64,000 nt of DNA from an uncultured Syntrophobacterales bacterium (GCA_964630405.1 CAZVUC010000056.1:8499-72498); one strand, 5' to 3'. Counted from the stretch's first letter, positions 29,090 through 38,117 are shown. Numbers and translations are program-made. The notes: generated from the letters alone by a model not told the origin.

Positions 29090-30694
29090 TTGAGCATCCC
29101 ATCCATCGATCCACTGGACACTCGCGACTTGCTGGCCTCGGATACGCTTCACGCCTGCATCGACGTGCGCGAACGCGGCGAGTTCGCGCGGGCGCAGATC
29201 GCCGCCACGAGCCCGGTCAACCGCGGCGCACTGGAGGTCCGGTTGCCGGTGATGGTGCCGGACCGGCGCGTTCCCGTGGTGGTCTGCTGCGACGACGGAC
29301 GCCGTAGCGGGCTGGCGGCGGAAACGCTGGCGAGCATGGGCTACACCGATGTCAAGGTCCTGGCGGGCGGTGTCGACGAGTGGCAGCGCCAGGGCCTGCC
29401 CGTGCGCTCGGGCTGGGGCGTGCACGGCAAGGAATACGGCGAGCGCGTCGCCCACGGCGGCAACGTCACCCACCTCGACGCCGTGGAGCTGGCGCGACGG
29501 CGCAAGGGCGGCGAGGACGTGGTGGTGGTGGACGTGCGCTCGCGTGAGGAGTACCTGCGGGGCCACGTGCCGGATACCTACCACATCCCCGGCGGCAACC
29601 TCTTGCTGGACGCTCCGCGGCTGCCGTTGGCGGAAGACACGACGCTGGTGGTGAGCTGCGCGGGCCGGACCCGCGGCATCCTCGGCGCGCAACTGCTGCA
29701 CGACAACGGTTTCACCAACGTCTACGCCCTGGAGAACGGCGTCATGGGCTGGTTCCTGGCCGGCGGCCACATCGCCACGGGCCCGGGCAAGGAAGTGCCC
29801 GAGACGGCGGCGGCATCGCGGGCCGCCCAGGTCCGGCAGGCCACCGAGGCTCTCGCCTCGCGAGAAGGTGCCAGGCGATGTTCGCTCGACGCCTTCCGCA
29901 CGGTCTACGACTCCGACCGGGCCTTCTACCTGCTGGACGTGCGGCTGCCCGAGGAATACGAGAGGGGCCACGTACCCCGTTCCATTTCGCTGCCCCTGGG
30001 ACAGATGGCGCTGGCTCACGAGAACTTCCTCGCCGTGCGCGGCGCACCCGTGTTCGTGGTCTCCGACGACGACCTGCGGCCGGTGTGGGCCGCTTCCCTG
30101 CTACGGAACCTCGGCTTCCGCGACGTCGCCATCCTGGACGGCGGCCTTCGGGCATGGGACCAAGCCGGCCTTCCCCTGCAGCAAGGAACTCCGGAGCCCA
30201 CGGTCTTCAGGTTGGAGGAAGCACGGGCCCATGCGGCCCTCATCGATCCGCCGGCGCTCCAGGCCCGTCTCGAGTCATCGGCTCTCGCGCTGGACGTCCG
30301 CAGCATCGGCGAATACGGCTTCGCCCACATCCCGGGCACCCGCTGGCTCCCTCGCGGCCGCCTGGAGCTCGACGTCGAGCGCACGGCGCCCGAAAAGAAC
30401 GCCCCGCTGGTGGTGATCTGCGACAACGGCACGCGGTCGACGCTGGCGGCCGGTACCCTGCGGCAACTCGGTTACACCGCTGTCCAGGTGCTCGACGGCG
30501 GGACCCGGTCATGGGAGAGCGGCGGCCGTGCGCTGGAGGACGGGCTCGAGGGCACCGGCGTCTCCACCGAGGACGCTCAGGCCGACTTCGGCCACAGCGT
30601 GTGGCACGGCGCGCTGGGGAAGTCCCGCGAGGATATGGAACGCTACCTGTCCTGGGAAATCGACCTGGTCAAGGACGAAGAAGCGGCGTCCTGA
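29090..30694 (+). CDS. Four-domain rhodanese/sulfurtransferase
   Basis: Four (I/V/L)DVR..E(F/Y)..(G/A)(H/Q)I/V repeats; loops CDDGRRS, CAGRTRG, SDDDLRP (no Cys) and CDNGTRS. TTG start. Confidence 0.88.
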   Translation: MSIPSIDPLDTRDLLASDTLHACIDVRERGEFARAQIAATSPVNRGALEVRLPVMVPDRRVPVVVCCDDGRRSGLAAETLASMGYTDVKVLAGGVDEWQRQGLPVRSGWGVHGKEYGERVAHGGNVTHLDAVELARRRKGGEDVVVVDVRSREEYLRGHVPDTYHIPGGNLLLDAPRLPLAEDTTLVVSCAGRTRGILGAQLLHDNGFTNVYALENGVMGWFLAGGHIATGPGKEVPETAAASRAAQVRQATEALASREGARRCSLDAFRTVYDSDRAFYLLDVRLPEEYERGHVPRSISLPLGQMALAHENFLAVRGAPVFVVSDDDLRPVWAASLLRNLGFRDVAILDGGLRAWDQAGLPLQQGTPEPTVFRLEEARAHAALIDPPALQARLESSALALDVRSIGEYGFAHIPGTRWLPRGRLELDVERTAPEKNAPLVVICDNGTRSTLAAGTLRQLGYTAVQVLDGGTRSWESGGRALEDGLEGTGVSTEDAQADFGHSVWHGALGKSREDMERYLSWEIDLVKDEEAAS

Positions 30695-30710
30695 GACGCC
30701 GGTGAAACCG

Positions 30711-31229
30711 TCAGGGCCCCGGCACCCTGCCGGGAAAGCCGTGGAAGATCAACCCGCCCACGAAACCCACCATGGGAGGCAACACGAGACTGGCCAGGAA
30801 TCGGGCTACGGTTATCTCCAGGCCCAGTATGGGAATCTCCCAAATGATGACCCGGTGGAAGCCGATGAGGGACCATGACGTCAGATAGGCGATGATGGGT
30901 CCGGCGCCGGCGCCCGAGGCCATCAGTGAGGCCACGATGGGAAAGTGCATCATGGGCCCGCCCGGGGTGAACGCCCCGGCCACCGTGCCGATCATGAGCC
31001 CGCGCACCCCGGAGCCCTCGCCGATCCACTGGGATATCAGGTCCGTCGGCAGGATGACCTGGATCAGACCCGCCACCGCGAATGCGAAGATCATCTTGGG
31101 AAGCGTCGCCATCAGGAGCTGGCCGCCGCTCGACAGGCCGTCCAGGGCCCGCGGCACGCCGTAGGAATGGACCACGTACACGCCCACGACGATGCTGGCC
31201 ACGAACATGAACCAAAAGCCCCCGTCCAT
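30711..31229 (-). CDS. Predicted permease (DUF318-like)
   Basis: Hydrophobic protein with WIGEGSGVRG, AGAFTPGGP..FPI and YLTSWSL motifs. Confidence 0.75.
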   Translation of the reverse strand: MDGGFWFMFVASIVVGVYVVHSYGVPRALDGLSSGGQLLMATLPKMIFAFAVAGLIQVILPTDLISQWIGEGSGVRGLMIGTVAGAFTPGGPMMHFPIVASLMASGAGAGPIIAYLTSWSLIGFHRVIIWEIPILGLEITVARFLASLVLPPMVGFVGGLIFHGFPGRVPGP

Positions 31230-31552
31230 ACCGAGTCTCCCTGTTATGCCGCGCTTTCTTTGTCTCATACCGCGCTCAGCCTCATCGACTCCCGACCCCG
31301 CCGACACCTTTCACGAAGCTTCCATAACTTGACACCGATGGGAGTCAGTCTTGCCGGAAGCATACAAGGTACTGTTTCTATGCACCCTCGTCCTGCCGTG
31401 AGGGGTTGGAACGCCCAGGAAGGGTCCTCGACGCGGTGCAGCGCACCCTCGGTGGGTGGCGGCCAGCTCTGCTCACGGTCGTGTAGACTTGATGGGAGCC
31501 AAGCCACCTTCGGAAACACGAACGGCTCCCCGAGCTGTCCCGGTCGTGCCGC

Positions 31553-31975
31553 TCATGCCATCGTCCAGGGATCCACGAGTTCGACTTCCGTGCGTTCGAA
31601 ATCCCGCACGTTGCGGGTTACCAGGACAGCGCCACGGGAGCGCGATATGGCGGCAATCTGACAGTCCGCCTCACCCATCGGCCGGCCTGCGCGGCGACGG
31701 CCGGATGCGATCTCCGCATAGGCTCGTGCCGCGGCGCTGTCGAACGACAGAATCCGTCGCGTGAACCCAAGATCAAGCCACTCGCGCATGGCGGCTTCCA
31801 GTGCATTGCGTCGCTTGCCGGCCGGCATGATCGCCACCCCGTACAGCAGTTCCGCTTCGCTCACGGCCGTCAGATAAATCGCCTCGGCGTCCTGCTCGGC
31901 TATCCACGCCGCCACGGTGGGATTCGGCGCGGGGCGCATGAGCTCGGCCGCGACGTTGGTGTCTATGACAAACAT
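31553..31975 (-). CDS. vapC: PIN-domain toxin (VapC/FitB type)
   Basis: VIDTNV..ELMRP, EAELLYGV, DCQIAAI and LVTRNVRDF motifs. Confidence 0.93.
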   Translation of the reverse strand: MFVIDTNVAAELMRPAPNPTVAAWIAEQDAEAIYLTAVSEAELLYGVAIMPAGKRRNALEAAMREWLDLGFTRRILSFDSAAARAYAEIASGRRRAGRPMGEADCQIAAISRSRGAVLVTRNVRDFERTEVELVDPWTMA

Positions 31976-31985
31976 CGCGAGCGTC

Positions 31986-32231
31986 TCAGGAGAAGTCCGG
32001 AGGCTCGCGCATCGGACCGCGCGGAGGAAGTTCGAGTTCGACGCCGCCAAGGGGCGCGAAGCACTCCCGGGTAAACTTCGCCAGATCCCGTGGAACGGTC
32101 CGCCCGCCGTTCACCACGTCGCGCAGGATAACGCGCACCTCTTCCTCCATGGAGCGGTGGTGCTCGGCCGCGCGCACGCGCAGGCGCGTCTTCACGTCGT
32201 CGTCAAGATTGCGGATCGTTATGCTCGCCAT
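31986..32231 (-). CDS. FitA-like ribbon-helix-helix antitoxin
   Basis: MASITIRNLDDDVKTRLRVRAAEHHRSMEEEVRVILR, directly upstream of the PIN gene. Confidence 0.9.
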   Translation of the reverse strand: MASITIRNLDDDVKTRLRVRAAEHHRSMEEEVRVILRDVVNGGRTVPRDLAKFTRECFAPLGGVELELPPRGPMREPPDFS

Positions 32232-32264
32232 CGTCATTCTCCCGTGGTTGCCAATTTACGCGGG

Positions 32265-32279
32265 GATTGCGATGCAATC
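32265..32279. promoter_or_regulatory. Candidate autoregulatory operator of the TA pair
   Basis: GATTGC-GAT-GCAATC palindrome upstream of the antitoxin. It overlaps TGCAATCA, one base from the Neisseria FitA half-site TGCTATCA. Confidence 0.45.
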
Positions 32280-32348
32280 AAGTTGCCGTGGATGTGCTCG
32301 ATTTTTCTTATGATGCAAGGGCTCTGATTCGACTCAGACACCCAGGGA

Positions 32349-32377
32349 TTGACAGAATCGGAACCCCGATTGTAGTT
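32349..32377 (+). promoter_or_regulatory. Promoter with a palindromic operator in the spacer, upstream of the Rieske operon
   Basis: TTGACA at 32349, then AATCGG-AACC-CCGATT (32356-32371), then GTAGTT. Confidence 0.45.
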
Positions 32378-32418
32378 CTTTAGGCTCGGCCAACGACAGT
32401 GAGGACACCGAGGACGGC

Positions 32419-33723
32419 ATGCTGACCAGGGAAGACAACGAGATACTGACGAGGGTGGGCCCGGGCACGCCCATGGGCGAGCTGATGCGGCGCTATTGGG
32501 TGCCGGTGGTGCTTTCAGCCGAACTGGAAGCGGGGGGCCGGACCAAGCGGGTGCGCATCCTGGGCGAGGACATGGTGGCCTTCCGCACCGCCGGGGGGGA
32601 GGCCGGGCTGCTCGGCGAGTATTGCTCGCACCGGCGCGTGTCGCTCTATTTCGGCCGGGTGGAGAAGGACGGCCTTCGCTGCTGCTACCACGGCTGGAAG
32701 TACGGGCTCGACGGCCGCTGCCTGGAGATGCCCAACGAGGCGCCGGAAACGGACTTCAAGCACGCCGTGAGGCATCCCGCCTACCCCTGCCGCGAGCACG
32801 GCGGCATCGTGTGGGCGTTCATGGGCGATCCCGCCCACGTCACCGAGGTGCCCGACTTCGAATGGCTGGGTTTGCCCGACAATCAACGATTCATCTCAAA
32901 ATACTACCAGGACAGCAATTACTTTCAGGCCCTGGAGGGCGGCATCGATTCCAGCCACATCTCGTTCCTGCACGCGCCGTTGGACACCGCGGACCAGGCT
33001 TCCCTCGAAAACATCGAGAAGGCCGGATTCGGCGTGGACACGGCGGTGGGGACCTCGGACCGGAGCCCCCGGTTCGAGGTGGTGGACACGGACTACGGGG
33101 TGATGATCGGCGCCCGCCGCAACGCCGAAGGCGAGCGCTACTACTGGCGCATCACCCAGTTCATCATGCCCTTCTACACCATGCCGCCGCCCCAGGACGA
33201 GGATCCGATCCTGCACTCCCACGCCTGGGTTCCGGCCGACGACGGGCACCTGATCAACTGGACCATCACCTGGCACCCGACGCGGCCCCTCAAGGAAGAG
33301 GAACTGGTGTCGCTCAACACCGGCTTCAGCGCCCACATCACGGAGTACGGACCGCCCGCCAACGGCCCGTACGGCGATGTTCGCCCGGCGGCCACACGAG
33401 CCGCCGACTACGGCATGGACTGGGACGCGCACCGCACGCGCATGTTCTGCGGCATCCCCGGTTTCGGCATGCAGGACCGCGCCATGACCGAAAGCCAGGG
33501 CCCGATCTTCGACCGGACCCTCGAACGGCTGGGCACCAGCGACACCGCCATCATCCAGGTTCGCAAGTGCCTCATCGATTCGGCGAAGATGCTGCGGCAG
33601 GAGCACGCCGACCCGCCGGGACTGGATCCGAGGCTTCACCACATCCGCGCCGCCTCGGTGCGATTGCCCAAGGACGCCGTGTGGGTGGAGGCGGTGAAGG
33701 AGCGGGTGCATATCGCATCGTAG
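32419..33723 (+). CDS. Rieske oxygenase large subunit (phthalate 4,5-dioxygenase/LigX-like)
   Basis: LTRVGPGTPMGELMRRYW, CSH..CCYH, EGGIDSSHISFLH, QDRAMTESQG and LGTSD motifs. Confidence 0.93.
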   Translation: MLTREDNEILTRVGPGTPMGELMRRYWVPVVLSAELEAGGRTKRVRILGEDMVAFRTAGGEAGLLGEYCSHRRVSLYFGRVEKDGLRCCYHGWKYGLDGRCLEMPNEAPETDFKHAVRHPAYPCREHGGIVWAFMGDPAHVTEVPDFEWLGLPDNQRFISKYYQDSNYFQALEGGIDSSHISFLHAPLDTADQASLENIEKAGFGVDTAVGTSDRSPRFEVVDTDYGVMIGARRNAEGERYYWRITQFIMPFYTMPPPQDEDPILHSHAWVPADDGHLINWTITWHPTRPLKEEELVSLNTGFSAHITEYGPPANGPYGDVRPAATRAADYGMDWDAHRTRMFCGIPGFGMQDRAMTESQGPIFDRTLERLGTSDTAIIQVRKCLIDSAKMLRQEHADPPGLDPRLHHIRAASVRLPKDAVWVEAVKERVHIAS

Positions 33724-33746
33724 GGCAGCTCATCCTCCCCGCCCCT

Positions 33747-33771
33747 GGATTCCCGCCTTCGCGGGAATGAC
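33747..33771. repeat. REP-like palindrome of the same family as 18416-18443
   Basis: GGATTCCCGCCTTCGCGGGAATGAC (ATTCCC-N8-GGGAAT), just after the Rieske stop. Confidence 0.75.
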
Positions 33772-33816
33772 GGAGGGGAGCGGGAATGCCGTGTCGGATG
33801 TAGTCGCCGGGAAACC

Positions 33817-34074
33817 ATGACATTTGAAGAGTATATGGCCGTGCCCTATGTGCTGTGCATGGCGGCGGTGCAGGGAACCGACGGCCGTTGGCTGCGGCGG
33901 GCGGAGTATCCGGAGTTGCCGGGCTGTTTCGGCGAGGGCCTCTCACCGGAAGAGGCCCTCGCCGAACTCGACCGCAACCGCGAGCGCATGGTCCGGGAAC
34001 TTCTCGCCGAGGGGGCTCAAGTACCGGTTCCCCGCCGTCCGCTGGCAAGGTTGATGAGAACTCGAACCAGTTGA
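33817..34074 (+). CDS. Orphan HicB-like protein (N-terminal domain only)
   Basis: AEYPELPGCFGEGLSPEEALAEL matches the HicB PDLPGC..G.T.EEA motif; there is no DNA-binding tail and no hicA nearby. Confidence 0.7.
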   Translation: MTFEEYMAVPYVLCMAAVQGTDGRWLRRAEYPELPGCFGEGLSPEEALAELDRNRERMVRELLAEGAQVPVPRRPLARLMRTRTS

Positions 34075-34121
34075 CGCCAAACGCGAATTTCAGCCTACGA
34101 CCCGGAGAGAGGAGGACTGCA

Positions 34122-34580
34122 TTGAGCTTTGAAATGAAACAGGCACGGGCGCTGGTGGATGCGGGCATCCGCGCGGCGGAGGAAAAGGGTTACCAGGTTG
34201 CGGTGACCATCGTAGACGCCGGCGGCAACTTCATGTGGTCGGGACGCATGGACGGCACCAAGTTCGTGGCGCCGGACATCGCCCGGGCCAAGGCCTACAC
34301 CGCGGCGGCGTTCCGGCAGAGCACCGCGGTGCTGGAGGAGAAGGCCAACCCGAAGCCGGTCTTCTACACCGGCGTGCAGGTGGTGCACGGCGGGAACATC
34401 GCCATCGGCCAGGGAGCGCTCCCGGTCTGGATCGGCGACGAGGTGGTGGGCGGCATCGGCGTAAGCGGCGCCGCGCCGCAGGAGGACGAGGAAGTGGCGG
34501 CCGCGGCCCTGGAGGCCGAGGGCTATTCCTTCCCGGACGCCGACGTGGCCACGCGGGCGGCCATGGGCCACTCGAGGTAA
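34122..34580 (+). CDS. GlcG/HbpS-family heme-binding protein
   Basis: VAVTIVDAGG..RMDG, IARAKAYTA and GGIGVSGA..EDEEVA motifs. TTG start after GGAGG. Confidence 0.88.
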   Translation: MSFEMKQARALVDAGIRAAEEKGYQVAVTIVDAGGNFMWSGRMDGTKFVAPDIARAKAYTAAAFRQSTAVLEEKANPKPVFYTGVQVVHGGNIAIGQGALPVWIGDEVVGGIGVSGAAPQEDEEVAAAALEAEGYSFPDADVATRAAMGHSR

Positions 34581-34592
34581 GAAAGGGAACGC

Positions 34593-35378
34593 ATGGGCCG
34601 CCTCGAAGGAAAGGCCGCGCTGATCACCGGCGGCGGAGGCGGCATCGGCGCCGCCACCGCCCTGCTCTTCGCGGAGGAAGGCGCCCGGCTTGCGCTGGTG
34701 GACCGTGACGGCGACAGCGCCGAGGCGGCGGCCGAAGAGATCCGCGGCAGGATCCCCTCCGCGGACGTCATGCCCCTGGCGGCCGACCTGAGCGACGAGC
34801 CGCAGGCGGACCGGGCCATGGATGCGGCGGCGGCGCGCTTCGGCGGCCTCGACATCCTGGTGAACGTGGCGGGGATCCGGGTGTTCGGCGCCCTGGCGGA
34901 TGCGGAACCGGACAGTTGGGGCTCCATACTGGCGGTCAATCTCATGGCCACCGTCCACTGTTGCAGGGCGGCCGTCCCGCTGCTCCGTTCACGGGGCAGC
35001 GGCAGCATCGTCAACGTCTCTTCGGTCTTCGGAGTCACCGGACGGGCGGGAATGGGACAATACGACGTGACCAAGGCCGCGGTGGTGAGCCTCAGCCGCA
35101 CCCTGGCCATCGAGGAGGTGGGACACGGCATCCGCGTCAACGCGGTCTGTCCCGGCCCTACCATCACGCCCTTTCACATCGAGCGGGCCAAGGCCCGTGG
35201 CGTGAGCGAGGAAGAGTTGCGCCGCAACGGCGCGCAACACACGTTGATGAAACGGTGGGCGGAGCCCCGGGAGGTCGCCCACACGATCCTGTTCCTGGCT
35301 TGTGACGACTCGTCCTTCGTCACCGGCACGGCGCTGGTGGTGGACGGCGGCGCCTCCGCCGCCGTCGGCGGATCGTAG
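34593..35378 (+). CDS. Short-chain dehydrogenase/reductase
   Basis: TGGGGGIG, VNVAG, NVSS, YDVTK and IRVNAVCPG motifs. Confidence 0.92.
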   Translation: MGRLEGKAALITGGGGGIGAATALLFAEEGARLALVDRDGDSAEAAAEEIRGRIPSADVMPLAADLSDEPQADRAMDAAAARFGGLDILVNVAGIRVFGALADAEPDSWGSILAVNLMATVHCCRAAVPLLRSRGSGSIVNVSSVFGVTGRAGMGQYDVTKAAVVSLSRTLAIEEVGHGIRVNAVCPGPTITPFHIERAKARGVSEEELRRNGAQHTLMKRWAEPREVAHTILFLACDDSSFVTGTALVVDGGASAAVGGS

Positions 35379-35391
35379 GTCTACGCCCGCG

Positions 35392-35742
35392 TCAGTCCGC
35401 CAGCGGCACCACCGCGAAGACGTGGGGCTCGTCGCCGATGACGCGGCTCTGGTGTCCGCGGCCCGTCAGGTCGTCCGCGAGCATGATGTCGCCGGCCTGA
35501 AACCGCCGCACTTCCCCGCCGCCGCACTCGATGTCCCACTGCCCCGAGAGCGTGAACAGATACTGGCGCCGGGGCGCCGGATGCCAGTCCAGCAGCACGC
35601 CGGGCGGCACCCGGCGCACGTGAACGCTCTTGGCGTTGCCCAGGGTCGTGGACTCCATCCGCCGATCCGGCTCGAAGTTGAGCTCGATGTCCTCGAAGTG
35701 GGACTCGCCGTCGTCCCCGCTGTAAAGTCTGACTACCTGCAT
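35392..35742 (-). CDS. Small cupin-like protein
   Basis: RLYSGDDGESHFED, WHPAPRRQ, GDIMLADDLTGRGH. Confidence 0.8.
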   Translation of the reverse strand: MQVVRLYSGDDGESHFEDIELNFEPDRRMESTTLGNAKSVHVRRVPPGVLLDWHPAPRRQYLFTLSGQWDIECGGGEVRRFQAGDIMLADDLTGRGHQSRVIGDEPHVFAVVPLAD

Positions 35743-35797
35743 GCACCTCCGCCTTTCCGACCGCACCCGGACGCTACGGCGCCTGTTGCTGTCCCAA

Positions 35798-36781
35798 TTA
35801 CTTGCCCAGTGATTTCCTGAAGGTCTCCCCGTTGTCCTCGATAAGGCCGTAGAAGCCGTTGAGCATGTTCTCCCAATCCTTGCCCACCACCGGCTCGATC
35901 TTGGCCCTCATCTTGGCGAACCGCTCCAGTACGTCGGGGTCCTTGGTGGCGGCATCGAACGCCTTCTGGAGGATCTCCAGCCGGTCCTTGGGCATCCCCG
36001 GCGGAGCCGTCACCACCCGGTGAGAGGCCAGCACCGTCAACTCCGGATGCCCCAGCTCTCCGATCGTCGGCACGTCGGGGAACTCCGGCGAACGTTTCTC
36101 CAGATACACCCACAGAGGCCGCAGGTGGCCGTCGTGAACGAACTGCATCTGTCCCGGTGAATCCAGGCCCAGGCCGCGCGCGTGTCCCTCGCCGCGCACG
36201 ATGCCCATGTTGGCGGCCGGCGCACTGGGATAACCCAGAATGAACCGATGGTTGAACTTCAGCACCGACGCGGTCAGCGCCGCCGTGACCCACGCCGTGC
36301 CGCCCACCCCCGTACCGGTGAGCAGCACCTCCTTGGCCTTCTGCAGGTCCTCCAGACTCTTGAACGGGGTCTTGGCTCCCACGGCCCACACATACGGCCC
36401 CGCGGAGATCTGCCCGATCCACGAGAATTCCTTCAGCTTGTACTGCGGCTTCGGGTTGTCGAACAGCTCGGAAACGATGGCTCCCGGAATGTTGACGGTC
36501 GAAATGGTGTAACCGTCCGGCTTGGCCCCCCAGGTCAGGTTCCACGCGATGTTGCCGCCGGCCCCTGGCCGGTTTCGGATGATGACGTTGACGCCGAGCG
36601 CCTTCTTCATGCCGATGGTCATGGCCCGGCTGTGGAGGTCGAACCCCCCCGCGGGACCGTAGGGTATCAGCCAGGTGATGGTCCTGCTCGGGTACTTGTC
36701 CGCCGCCAGTACGACCTGCGCGGTCACGGCAATCCCCAGGACGGCCAACAAAGAAACGATTCCGATCACTTTACGCAACAC
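35798..36781 (-). CDS. tctC: TctC/Bug-family solute receptor
   Basis: Signal peptide, YPSRTITWLIPYGPAGGFD, NRPGAGG, PDVPT. GTG start after AAGGAGG. Confidence 0.9.
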   Translation of the reverse strand: MLRKVIGIVSLLAVLGIAVTAQVVLAADKYPSRTITWLIPYGPAGGFDLHSRAMTIGMKKALGVNVIIRNRPGAGGNIAWNLTWGAKPDGYTISTVNIPGAIVSELFDNPKPQYKLKEFSWIGQISAGPYVWAVGAKTPFKSLEDLQKAKEVLLTGTGVGGTAWVTAALTASVLKFNHRFILGYPSAPAANMGIVRGEGHARGLGLDSPGQMQFVHDGHLRPLWVYLEKRSPEFPDVPTIGELGHPELTVLASHRVVTAPPGMPKDRLEILQKAFDAATKDPDVLERFAKMRAKIEPVVGKDWENMLNGFYGLIEDNGETFRKSLGK

Positions 36782-36842
36782 TGAGTACCTCCTTGCCCAG
36801 AGCCAATGACTCCACCCACTCTGCATGGTTTCTTCCACTTGA

Positions 36843-38009
36843 TCAACCTTCCTCCCAGACTCTGGCCCCTGCCGTCGTTGCCACGCAGGCGGCCTTCTCG
36901 GCATCCCGTATGATTCCCTTGGGATCCCTGTTCTCCTTTACCGCGTCGATGGCCGTTCGAAGAATCCTGCGGAACATCAGCACGCCTTCATCCGAGGTGA
37001 CGTGATGCTCCAACCGATGATTGGCGATCTCGCCCTGGCCTTCCTGGGCTTCCTTGTCGTCGGGGTGGCGCTGGCGGTACTCGTAGCTCGTGTCGGACCT
37101 TCCCCCCGGCGCGAGCTTGGCGCGCCCGCTCAACAGGGTTTCATCCTCGTCCGCCGGCATCCACCGGATGTTGGCCGACCTGACATGCGTGTCGTCCACC
37201 GGCACGCAAAAGGAGACTTGGTTCACTTTCGTGGTCTTGAGCTCGCTGGTGTAGACCAGGTGCGCATTCAGGGGCATGACCATTTCCCAGATCAACTCGG
37301 CCCATCTGCCGCCGTCGAGCTTCTGGATCATGACGAAGCGCATGCCCATTTCGGTCTCTTCGTAGCGGAGCTCTTCCGGCAGCGAGGTAAACACCTGGGT
37401 GGGAAACTGGGAGCCGCTGTGCAGGGTATGCAGCCACACCGTGTGCAGCGCATCCATCAGGTTCTCCTCGGTCTGGAGCCAGTTGCAATCGACGGAACCG
37501 CCTATCCTGGGGCCGAATCGGGCGTGGAACTTTCCCCCCTCGTGTACCCAGGCATCGTACTTGGGAAGCTCCGGTATTCTCTCCAGCGGCCCCATGTAGG
37601 CAAAGACCAGGCCGCCGAACTCCTGCACCGGGTAGGCGGGGTGCCATAGATGGTCCTTCACCGTGCTCCCGGGCGGTTCCAGCGGCATGTCGAGGATGCG
37701 CCCTTCCACATCGTAGAGCCAGCCGTGGTAACAACAACGCAATCCGTCCCGCTCGACCCGCCCGTACTCCAGGGAAGTGCCCCGGTGGCTGCAACGAAAG
37801 AAGAGAAGTCCCGGCCGGCCGTCGCCGTCCCGAAAAGCGACCAGGTCCTCGCCGAGGATACGGATACGCCTGGGCAGATCCCCCAAATCACGGGACAGAC
37901 ACACCGGCTGCCAGTACCTGCGCATGAGCTCGCCGCAGGGCGTGCCGGGACCGACCCGAGTCAGTTCCGGATCGATTTCGGGGACCTTGAAGCCGTAGGC
38001 GCTCCTCAT
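36843..38009 (-). CDS. Rieske oxygenase large subunit, close paralogue of 26200-27381
   Basis: Nearly the same N-terminus (MRSAYG.K.PEIDPELTRVGPGTPCGELMRRYWQPVCLS), CSH/CCYH ligands, ENLMDALHTVWLH. Confidence 0.92.
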   Translation of the reverse strand: MRSAYGFKVPEIDPELTRVGPGTPCGELMRRYWQPVCLSRDLGDLPRRIRILGEDLVAFRDGDGRPGLLFFRCSHRGTSLEYGRVERDGLRCCYHGWLYDVEGRILDMPLEPPGSTVKDHLWHPAYPVQEFGGLVFAYMGPLERIPELPKYDAWVHEGGKFHARFGPRIGGSVDCNWLQTEENLMDALHTVWLHTLHSGSQFPTQVFTSLPEELRYEETEMGMRFVMIQKLDGGRWAELIWEMVMPLNAHLVYTSELKTTKVNQVSFCVPVDDTHVRSANIRWMPADEDETLLSGRAKLAPGGRSDTSYEYRQRHPDDKEAQEGQGEIANHRLEHHVTSDEGVLMFRRILRTAIDAVKENRDPKGIIRDAEKAACVATTAGARVWEEG

Positions 38010-38060
38010 CAAAGCACTCCTCTCCCACCCGGTTTGCTCGGAGCCGCCATGACCGAACAT

Positions 38061-38117
38061 ACCACCGGCCGGGCCGCACGCATGGCGAAGCCATGCCGGC
38101 GTATCCCGGCCGGTGGT
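38061..38117. other. Intercistronic nested stem-loop
   Basis: 13-bp inverted repeat ACCACCGGCCGGG/CCCGGCCGGTGGT enclosing GCATGGC-GAA-GCCATGC. Confidence 0.5.

Noticed and set aside
33817-34074. Complete HicAB toxin-antitoxin system
   Set aside because: No hicA-like ORF is adjacent; the upstream gap holds a REP element.
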